Source of the DNA: Takakia lepidozioides
Taxonomy: Eukaryota > Plantae > Bryophyta
Assembly: GCA_030704615.1 (NCBI GenBank)
Contig: CM060732.1
Span: forward strand, 81,840,001 to 81,904,000
Length of the DNA: 64,000 bases
Direction of reading: 5' to 3'
Under the pieces are notes generated by a model. That model was not told the origin of the DNA and ran no database searches. It saw only the letters and a program-made list of their open reading frames with translations. Below are positions 24,939 to 34,878 of the stretch, in pieces. The position numbers were made by a program, and so were the translations under genes. Each line of letters opens with the position of its first letter. Positions within the stretch are counted from its first letter, which is position 1.

Positions 24939-27900
24939 TCAACGTTTCTTCCGCTTTTGAGGTCGCCCTTCGAACGCTGCAACTGCCTCGGATGCGTGTC
25001 CCATTTCTGAGGCACGCACCCAAGATGCCTCCACATGATGATAGCCCTTCCATTTGACGAGATACTCCGTTTCTCGTTCTTGAACCTCCTCGACTTAAGT
25101 ATTGCCTCCACCTCGTACTCAGGTTCATTTTCATGATCCAACAGCATAGGTGGCGGACGCAACACTTGATGCCGATTCGGACGTGCTTCATCTTTGAAGT
25201 AAGGCTTCAAAAAGGAGACATGGAATACTGGGTGCACCTTGCTGTTTGCCGGCAGCTCCAATTCATACACATCCTCATTCATAACCTTCCGAATGCGAAA
25301 GGGACCCGCATACGGAGGTACGAACTTCGGACTCACTTCCGGAGGTAGTCGAAATTCTTGATGTTCAACCAGACATCTGTGCCTGCCTCAAACTTCACTT
25401 CCCTCCGCTTCCGATTCGCCTGCCTTTCATACCGTTTCCTAGTTTTGGCAATGTTGTACTTTGCGAGCTTCAACAAACGCTCGCGTTCTTCCAGTACCGC
25501 CGCTACTGCCGGTTCCTCAACGTCCTGGGCGGCCCAACTTGTCGGCACTAGAGGTGCTTTTCAATAGACCAATACGAAAGGGGAAACTCCCGTTGCGGAG
25601 TGTTCTGTGTTATTATAACAGAACTATGCCGCGTCTAAGTGTTCCATCCAGTCTGACTGGTCTACCGACACGTAATTCCGCAAGAATTGCTTCACTACGG
25701 AATTCACTCTTTCCGTTTGGCCGTCGATCGTAGGTCGGAAGGCGGTGCTCATCTTCAACCTCGTCCCCATCTTCTTCCAAAGTGTCCTCCAAAATTTACT
25801 CGTAAACTTTGGATCGCGATCCGAGACAATATCCTTCGGGACTCCATGATGCTTTAAGACGTGGGCGAAGTAAAGTCGCCATGTCTCCTGCGCCGTTGCC
25901 GTCTCCTTGGTGGGGATGAAATGGCCCATTTTACTGAACCTATCCACCACCACCATGATTGCATCGAATCCTTTGACAGCGGCATAGCAGTCATGAAATC
26001 CATCGAGACGCTTTCCCAAGTCCCCTCTGGAATCGGCAAGGGTTGTAACAGCCCCGCTTGCTTTTTGTACTCGCTCCGGTTTTGTTGGCATGTGGTGCAT
26101 GTCTTGACATACTCCTCTGCCTCCTCCCTCAGTTTGGGCCAGAAATACTCTTTCTTCAAGAGTGCCGCAGTGCGCTTGGCTCCGCCGTGGCCCGCAAGCG
26201 GGCTATCATGGCATTCTCTCAAGAGGCTATCTGTGATCCCTCCCTTTGGCACGTAGAGACGTTTTTTCTTATACCGGAGCAGTCCATTTTGCAAGTGGAA
26301 CTGCGATTTAACCCCCATCCTCAAGTCCTGCATCACGAAATTCGCCAGCTCATCCTTCCGGCAAGCCTTTCGGATCTTCCTTTGGAGCGCCGTCTCGCCC
26401 TTGTACACCAACAAGAGCTGCTGCTTTCTACTTAAAGCATCGGCCACCACGTTGTCTCGTCCCGGTTTGTACTGGATATCCACATCGAACACCGCCAAAG
26501 TATCTTGCCACCTAAGTTGTTTTGGGGACAACTTGGGCTGCGTAGCAAAATACTTCACCGTGACATTGTCCGTGAACACCTTCACTAGGTTGGAACCAAC
26601 ATAGTGGCGCCAAAGCTCAAGGCAATGCACCACCGCCTTCATCTCTTTTTCATGCGTAGGCCACCGTCGCTCCACTTCATTCAGTTTCTTACTTTCGTAA
26701 GCCACTGAACGTCCATCTTGTATAAGTACACCCCCAATCGCGAAGTCCGACGCATCTGTATGAATCTCAAATGGACGATCGAACTCCGGGATTTTCAAGA
26801 CTGGAGCTTCCGCCATCCACTGCTTCAATTCAGCAAAAGCTTGGCCACAAAATGTGTTCCATACCCAGACTTTGGATTTACACAGAAGGTCCGACAGCGG
26901 CCCCCCGATCTTGGCAAAATTTCTCACATACTTCCGGTAATAGGAGGCGAGTCCTAGGAAGGATCGCACTCCCGGGACCGAAGTCGGATGCTCCCAGTCC
27001 AAGATCGCCCTCACCTTTCTGTCATCCATTTTGATCCCATCCTGTGTAATCACATGCCCCAAGAACTCCACTTTCGTGACCCCGAATTCGCACTTTGAAG
27101 CTTTGGCGTACAGCTTCCCTTCCCGCAACTTTTGGAACACCCTTTTGAGGTGCTCCAGATGCTCCTCCTTTGTTTTCGAGTACACCAAGATGTCGTCGAT
27201 GTACACGATCACAAAGTCATCCAACCACTCCTGAAAAAGGCAAGTGAATCATCGTGCTAAAGGTCGCTGGTGCATTGGTGAGCCCAAAAGGCATCACCAA
27301 GAACTCATATGAACCATACCTTGTCTTGCACGCGGTCTTCTCCTCATCTCCTTCCGCCACCCGAATTTGATGATAGCCGGAGCGCAAGTCGATCCGGCTG
27401 AAATACTTCGCTCCTGCCAACCGATCGAAGAGGTCGTCGATCCTTGGCAAAGGGTACCGGTTTTTGATAGTCACCTTATTTAGAGCCCTGTAATCGACAC
27501 ACATCCGCAGCGTCCCATCCTTCTTGTCTGCGAATAGCACCGGGGCTCCGTAAGGTGACTTACTAGGCCGGATGTACCCCTTTGACATTAGATCCTTGAG
27601 CTGAGTCTTCAGCTCGACCAACTCTCTGTGGCTCAACCGGTAGGGCGCCTTGGCAGGCAGTTTCGATCCCGGTATCACCTCAATCTTGTGGTCAACTCCT
27701 CTTCGCGGTGGCAAGCTGCTTGGTAAATCCTCCGGCATCACATCCTGGTATTTCTCCAAAATCCCCTTGATCCAATCTGGGTCGGCTCCCCATCGCCTTC
27801 TCCCTTCACTTCTCTAATGTAAAGCAAAAACTGGGGTTCGTGTGCCTCCTCCACGGCCCACTCCCTTGCTGACAAAAGGCTTATTCGCCCTCCCACGGAT

Positions 27901-29497
27901 TTGGGCGTTTCCGACACTCGTAAGACCTCGCCACCATTCCCACATGGCAGCGTGACTACTCTCTTGCGGCCATCTATGACCGCTCCGGATTTACTCAGAA
28001 AGGTCATCCCCAAAATGAGATCTACTCCATCGATCTCGCAGATGGTGAAGTTCTCACGTCCCTCCCAACTCCCCAGTTGAAGAGGAACATTAAACGCCAA
28101 CCTTGTCGCCAACTGTGGTTCTCCTTTGGCAGAACGTACCTCAATAGAGGCCCCCACGTCACTTGTCGGGAGTCCCAGCTTTTGTGCCGCCGCCGGTGTC
28201 ATGAAGGAGTGCGACGCTCCTGTGTCCACCAACAACGACACATTAGTTCCGGATATTATCCCATCCACGAACAATAACTGACTCCCTTTACGCAGGGCGC
28301 CAGTTTCCTGATACAACTCACAAGAATAGTTGCCTACCTTGCAAATCCTGGCGACCACCGCTTCCACCAAGCGACTGATGGTATCTTCCGACAGCTCCGT
28401 GGTCGCCCGAGTCATGTTCAATTGCCGGGGCTTTGTGCACTTCTTGGCCATGTGCCCGGGCTCCCCGCAATTGAAACACACTCCATCAAAGGTCGCCTTC
28501 TGTCCGCCATAAGCCGCTCCACCTGCTTTTCCATTCGAAGCACCGGGTGCCGCCTTGACGTGTGAAGGCCCTCCCTTCGATTTCCACGTGCCATTATCGC
28601 CACGTGGCCTATCCCACTTCTTTTCCGGTCGGGAGGAGTCACCTTCCCGCCGGGTCTTCTTGTGGTTCAGCTCCGTACGACCTTGTCTCTCACCCCTAGG
28701 GACATCCGAGAAACATTCAGCCCTCTCAATTGCCTCGTTCAAAGTCTTGGGTGGCTTCTCCTCCAACTTCCGCCTGGCCCATGGGGCCAGTCCCGCCACA
28801 AAGTTGAAGACCATTTCTGGTTCTGCCATGTCCGCGACTTCGAGCAACAGCACATTGAAAGCCTGGACATACCCCGAATGTCATCTGTTTGCTTCAAATT
28901 CCTCATCTTGTCCCGGGCAAGCCAGGACGCGTTGAGGGGCACAAACTGTCTCTTCATCAATTCCTTGAACCCACTCCAGTTCAAGGTTTCCGGGCTTGGG
29001 CCTCGGTCGTGAAGGCGTTTCTGCCACCATTGTTGAGTATAGCCCCTCAAATAGGTGGGAGCCACTTCCACCCAATCCTCGTCACTCAACTTGGCCGCCC
29101 GGAAGTTCTGCTCTAGCTCCAAGAGCCAGGTGTTGAGTGCCTTCCGATTTCGAACGCCCTCGAAGGTGCCGGGTTCCTTAGGCTTCACCTTAAACTTTGC
29201 CTTAGTGGAAGTGGCATTAGCCGCCTTCAACACGTCTTTCAACGTACCGCCAAACTGCGCCAACAACCCTTCCCAAAAGGCTGCCGGCATGGGAGGCATC
29301 TCTTGGTTTGTCGGAGCTCTCAAGGATTCCTCGGGCTCCGACTCCTCGGATTCCTCCCGCTCTTGAGCGGCCTCGTTTTGGGAAACATTCATCGCTTCCT
29401 CAAACGGCCGCCTCGGTGACACGTCGCCCCCATCGGGCTCACCAGGATCATCATCTTTTGGGCCGTTCCGCTTTCGCTTTGGCTGGCCCGACCCCAT
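24939..29497 (-). pseudogene. gag-pol of gypsy copy 1 (gag, CCHC knuckle, protease, RT, RNase H, integrase, chromodomain), frameshifted
   Basis: [73 protein letters not shown]...YLVKWKGY...ASW chromodomain. Confidence 0.95.
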
Positions 29498-29552
29498 GAT
29501 GAGGCCAATCCCAAAGACGATCGCGTAATGAACTCTAGGCTCTGATACCAAG

Positions 29553-30278
29553 TGTCGCGCACCTCACTTCGGTAAGCTCCCCTTCAAGTCATAGTTACTC
29601 GCTTTGATGCGCGCGCCTGACTCCCAACCTGGCCGCCCGGGCCAACTTGGAGCTTCGGCTGCTCACTGGGACATAACGGTCCCCCTTCGCTTCCCTCTAA
29701 ACCCTCCACCTATTTGGGACTAGGAGAATTCCCTTTTGTAGATGGCAGTCCGGAACAGCTCCCCTCTCTTTGGTCGCTTTCCAGCTCGTTCGCTTACTCA
29801 CTAGTTTTTGGTCACCAACGGGCTTGCACCGTTCTCGGGGTTACTACTCCCTATATATACTTCTGTAGCTGTCCGCGGGGGTTTCATAACCAGCCATGCC
29901 ATTTTATGGTGAACCACCACGAAAACCCTCGACTCCCGGTGATGAGTCGCGGTGAGTCTTGGCCCACTCATCACGGCCCCTATGGACCGTGATGAGTCCC
30001 AAGACTCCCCACGACTCCCACCACGAGGTCTCCACCCCCATGGTGAGTCCTATGCCACCCCCACTAAGTCCCACTAAGCTACCACCACCCCTTGTGGAGC
30101 TACCCCCACCGCAACCCGGTGTGCGGGGCTCCACCTAGTGAGCGCCTCCGCCTCCTTGAGTGCCTTGGGCACTCAAGGGTGCTTCAGCCCCCCATACCTA
30201 TCGCTGCCGATGCCCCCACTACAGGGGCAGCCCCTCATGTGTCCCGACCCCCTGCCCTCAAGGCAAAGGGTCGCGACA
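29553..30278 (-). repeat. 5' LTR of gypsy copy 1
   Basis: 726 bp, adjacent to the PBS. Confidence 0.95.
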
Positions 30279-31149
30279 TTGCGTGTCATTACATTGACTT
30301 GTACTTGGAACAAACGTTTCTGAACCCACAACCTCATGGTGTAGGCCCGGTAAGAGGGACGTTATCCTGGTTTACATGGTTGTTTGCCGACTGGTTTACT
30401 TCTGTAGCATGAACAATGACGGAAGGCACTATGTATAGAAACATGTGTCACCTTCAATGTGCTTCTTTACGGCAATCAGTTCTCCCTTGCAGAACAAGTG
30501 TGGTTTACTTGTGGCCAATGATATCCACACATGCACATGACATTCCTTGTTCATTCTTTGCTTGTGCATTCTTTGTTCCTCTCTGCTTGCAGCTCACAGC
30601 AAACTGGTTCCCTGTTGAGGCCGGGCTCAAGAAAAGATATGACCTACAATGAATCATGTTGGATGAGCTTCAGGGTCAACCAATGCACCAGCTTCCATAT
30701 GCACTTCCCCCCAGTCCAAACAAGTCAGCAGCTGGTTGCAGCAGCCCCATCCACCCTCTCATCGACATTCCAGCTCCGATCACACGCACACGTTGTAAAC
30801 GTCCCAGGAAGGCCGCAAAACTATAGTGACACTCATTACAATTGCGTACACAATTTAATTCTACTTCATTGTGTGTCTTTTATGTCTTCTTTCCTGCCAT
30901 CAGGGTAGGTGTACAAATTCTTGGCAAATGAATATTCTCTGCACAAGTGTTCCCTAATTTTGCTCCTCTGCTTCCAACAACGGTATTGTAGCGATAAGTA
31001 CTGGTAATTACTGGTAATTTTCTTCTTTTGTGATCTCGATCGCCTATCGTCTCATGCATGAAGGATGTCGGGCCATGCTGTTCACAATGATTAGCATGTC
31101 ATTTTCTTCCAATGATCATTGTTTCTTCAACCCCCGCTTTTGCACAGTT

Positions 31150-31560
31150 TGAAATTATGTCTAGGCATTAGGGCAGCAGAATGGTTTAGTGTTGAGGCCG
31201 TGCTTCACAAAAGGTAGGAACTTCCACACATGATTTTAGATGAGCTTGCGGGTCAACCATCGCAGGAGCCTCCATATGTGAACCCTAAGACATCAGGGAA
31301 AGTTAGAGATTGCAGAAGCCCTGTCCTCCCTCTCACCACGACTCCACCTCCCATCACACGCGCACGCAATAAACATCCTAGGAATCCACGAAATGTGTAG
31401 TGACATTGATTACAATTGCCTACACAAAGTCAAATTTGATAATTGTGGGGCTTTCAGGCCTTCTATCCTGCCATATCGGTGGGTGCACAAACTTAGGGAA
31501 ATGAAGCTTGTCTTCCTTGCTATTTGCTCTTTCTCGTCCTTTGCTTCCCAGAACTGGGAG
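31150..31560 (+). repeat. Diverged duplicate of the ULP1-like gene's last exon and 3' flank (first copy ~30593-30960)
   Basis: AEWFSVEAVLHKR*ELPHMILDELAGQP...PITRARNKHPR versus ANWFPVEAGLKKRYDLQ*IMLDELQGQP...PITRTRCKRPR, with matching downstream DNA. Confidence 0.75.
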
Positions 31561-32113
31561 ATTGCCTGGTGAGTACTTTTAATTACTATCAGAAGTGCAT
31601 TTATCATACTGCAATCTCCAACAACATAGCTTCACATAGCCACAAATACCCCATGTCGATATTGGGGTCTTGCCATTTCCAAGCATTTCAACATACTGTT
31701 TCATCCGAACAGATTTATGCCCGTGTTGTTCAGATTGATGATCATTGACAATGCATGTCAAGGTGCCCAATGACCAATATCAGGCCCACACCCCCGGCGA
31801 CAATGCCAAATTCGACATGGGGCATCATATGATTACTATTCCCTTTCGTTTACATCACATGCATTAGCATTCTTTCAAATTTGGAATGTATGTTACTGCT
31901 CACTATGGTATTCCTTTTTAGCTTCCTACATGCAACACATGCCTACATTGCAGGCTTTGCAGGCCACCAACAACATTTCATTCGCATTGCAAACACCTGA
32001 AAGTGGCATAATTTCCACCTCAATAGTATCCTTCCTTCTCGCAATCACATCACTGAGTGATGAACTGTTGCCAGTGTGCCAATGGGTCTCCTAGCTATGA
32101 TATTAAATATAAC

Positions 32114-32485
32114 TCATACTAAGCACTTGTGCTCCAGACGCCAGGAGGTCATGTGTGTTGCACAATGGAAGATCAACGAAGTGTATGGTTGTCTATGAGT
32201 GCCATTAGGATTTCCATAGTGATACATACACAGAGGGCACCTGATATCGGGCTCGGAAATGAACTGCACAGCGGTAGGATGGTTCTCAAAAATTCGCACC
32301 AACCGCGAAAAAACCAACATTCGTAATTCAGGACGTTGTGGTCCATACATTTCCATGTCTATGGCACAAAGTCTGAAGATATACGCCTCTCCATCCCCCA
32401 TGTCTCTTTGTCGTTGTCTTTCGTTCAAACACGCAAAAGGATTGAACACTGTGATGTTACCCGTCCTCGTATACCTCTCCACCAT
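32114..32485 (-). CDS. Hypothetical 123-aa protein with a possible CxxC...HxxxH zinc finger
   Basis: Intact intronless ORF containing CPLC-(x20)-HCATH; function unassigned. Confidence 0.4.
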   Translation of the reverse strand: MVERYTRTGNITVFNPFACLNERQRQRDMGDGEAYIFRLCAIDMEMYGPQRPELRMLVFSRLVRIFENHPTAVQFISEPDIRCPLCMYHYGNPNGTHRQPYTSLIFHCATHMTSWRLEHKCLV

Positions 32486-32677
32486 CTTCACCCAAGCCTC
32501 TACACTTCTTTACACTTAAACTCCTTGGAAGCTTCTACATACCTCTACAGCAATGTGCCTCACAAGTCCTCCGACGAAACTGTTCAAGTAACCTTTCATA
32601 CTTCGACGGACAGTTGTACCCAACCCTATCTCCGAAAGGATATGCACTTCACCCGCATTTTGCTTTTGCATTCTCCA

Positions 32678-33355
32678 TTACTGCGATGATTTGGACGTTG
32701 ACGATCCTGCCTCAAGCAGCAGCAAAGCCGACAGGGCTGGACTGACTTTGAGGGCATCCATGGCAGAAGATTCTCCAATGTCAGTTTTGTCAATGAAAAA
32801 AACACTCATGGGAGTGAGGCCCAATGACCAAGCAACACTATCCTCCCCTCTCTCCAGACTATACTGCTTCTTCAAACGCACCGTAAAGCTACCCTTCACC
32901 AAGACATTTGTTTTTATTGCAGCCAGGGTTTTTTTCAGGTCCACAATCGGGACCTTCGATAGGACTCCCCTCTCGTCTGCCTTGACAATGTTGAAGATCC
33001 TCTGACTCGTGCGGAGGTTCACCTCCAACCACAAATAGTCCCCTGCAATCTGAACTTTCGATCTAGTGTCCACACGGAATCCCTTCTCCTCTGCTGCACA
33101 AGCAATGACATTCCAAATACACAGAGGAACCCCCATAGTAACATATTGTGAAGCATATGACTTTGGGGCATTGTCCTTGTACACCATTACAACTCCTTCC
33201 AGCAACACAGACTTCTCCATGCCATCGCCAAACAGAATGTTCGCAACCACGGTGCGTGTCCCTTCCACTCGCGGCTGGAGCACTTCGGAGATATCGCGGG
33301 GATCTTCAATCCATGCCTTCATAAGACTGGCGTTGCTACCCGAATAGTATGCCAT
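32678..33355 (-). CDS. Hypothetical 225-aa orphan protein (intronless, beta-rich)
   Basis: Uninterrupted ORF with protein-like composition and a good ATG context (gtcATGG); no family recognised with certainty. Confidence 0.6.
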   Translation of the reverse strand: MAYYSGSNASLMKAWIEDPRDISEVLQPRVEGTRTVVANILFGDGMEKSVLLEGVVMVYKDNAPKSYASQYVTMGVPLCIWNVIACAAEEKGFRVDTRSKVQIAGDYLWLEVNLRTSQRIFNIVKADERGVLSKVPIVDLKKTLAAIKTNVLVKGSFTVRLKKQYSLERGEDSVAWSLGLTPMSVFFIDKTDIGESSAMDALKVSPALSALLLLEAGSSTSKSSQ

Positions 33356-34878
33356 GACGACCTCAATACGAGATGCAAAGGAACGCAGAAACTCTGGCAG
33401 AAAAAAAAACCCCGTAGATCTCTCTACCGCGCCCCTCACATATGTGCACAACTCAGCTAAGAGTTGAACAAATAAACCGTGCGAGCACCGTCATACCAAA
33501 GACAATTGTCATGCCGGGGAGAAGGAAGACGGAACACATGGAACACATGATTTAGTGCGTAATTAGTATATTACTGACATGTTTTAGTACATATTTAGAG
33601 CGTATTTAGAACGTATGTGCACTATGGGTTTCTCATATGTTGTTGGAAAGCTAGTTTTATTCTCTACCTCTGAGATTTTCTTACTCATCATGCTTGAGTA
33701 ATAGGACAAAACGTTATGGCCAAAAAACAAAGGTGCAACTTGGGCCTACAACTTGTGCCATTTTTTTCCTCGTCATACTTTGACCTGCATAAACGTTACT
33801 GCTTCAAAAATGTTGAGTTTTGGACCATGCTCTATAGGCAATTGTGATATCTTGTTGAAATTGTTAGCTCAATTTTGTGCCACCGGGATTGAGTTACACA
33901 TCCATGCAGTCAGACCAAAATATGTTATGGCCACAATACCGTACTGCACACTGAACCACTTTCTTTTTCTGCATATTGTGCCCTACAATTACATTATGTC
34001 TTATTCCATCTTGAGTATTGTTTCACGATGCGATTGTGATATCGTATTTGAAAGGTAGCTTTATTTCACTACAACATATGAGCGTTTTTATGATTGCACA
34101 TATGACTATTTTTTCAGTCCTATATGCGTTCATGACTACATCACTCTATAGTGAAAAAAGCCCTGTTATAGCGACTAGTCTTTAGGACTGCATTTTGCAA
34201 GTCATAGCCGTGACTGCGTGCGTGGCACCTGGAGTCATGCATAAGAGAGTGATGTAGTTACAACTCTATGACTTACATACGACTAACTATATGACTACAT
34301 TGTCTGATGAGCGTTGCCTACATGGAGAGGCTTTAGAGCAACACGTGCACCACTGCGCAAGCGACACGTCACGACACCTGTTGCACTTCAGATGTGACAT
34401 GTGGCACTTAGACATAATATATGACTAGCATATATGGCAGGGTTTATGCCACGTGTCATCAAGAATGTCTCTGAAAACAATTTAATAGTTATATTTGTAA
34501 TTTTAAATTCTTAAATTTATATTTTATTTTTGAAAACAGGGGATAGCAGCTTGGAATTTTTTATTAAATGGTATTATTGTTTAGTTTAATAATGTTATAT
34601 AAAATAAAAATAGATTAAATGATTTAAATTTTTCATTATATGGTGAAATTTTGATATAAAAACAGAATGGACCCCTCTTGCATACTAGCAACCACAAGGA
34701 CATTCAAAATAGACAAGTACAGGGAAATACACGCCCTGTAAATTATATTACAAAAATCCAAATGAGACCAATGTCCCAATGGACACCTCAAAGGCCACAA
34801 GGTCCAAAAATCCATGCCTGAAAAGGTCCAGTAAGCAAAAAATAAGCAAGCCCACACATGGGCTGAATTGTTGTAATA

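Larger units (their letters stand above)
23310..30278 (-). mobile_element. Ty3/gypsy chromovirus copy 1, full length with two LTRs
   Basis: TG...CA LTRs at 23310-24034 and 29553-30278; 5-bp TSD TTGCG (23305-23309, 30279-30283); tRNA-iMet PBS TGGTATCAGAGC at 29539-29550; PPT-like tract next to the 3' LTR. Confidence 0.97.
19180..30830 (+). pseudogene. Multi-exon TE-cargo pseudogene: zinc finger, unknown helical region, C-terminal ULP1/SENP-like (peptidase C48) domain; interrupted by gypsy copy 1
   Basis: PFRCIHCRKKFK..VNIHRINGC (~19430-19510); 63-bp repeats encoding VTTQRIG.STL.GP (19788-19970); C48-like motifs GWISDRLMDFW, VLDSFTW, HWSVVIL and VPQQANLFECGLFAC. Frame resumes after the TSD as CHYIDLYL; last exon LTANWFPVE..KKR. 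Confidence 0.72.
18585..34066 (-). mobile_element. Probable large Helitron-like element (3' end at 18585; 5' end not seen, interrupted by CACTA A)
   Basis: Copia coding sequence stops abruptly here. Minus strand reads GGCTCG-(11 nt)-CGAGCC-TTTT-CTAG|T, i.e. hairpin plus CTAG before a T, next to a GC-rich subterminal region. No Rep/helicase in the window, so the extent is inferred. Confidence 0.45.

Noticed and set aside
23310-29551. Treating every frameshift in gypsy copy 1 as biological decay
   Set aside because: Several are 1-bp homopolymer losses, which could be long-read consensus errors; this cannot be decided without reads.
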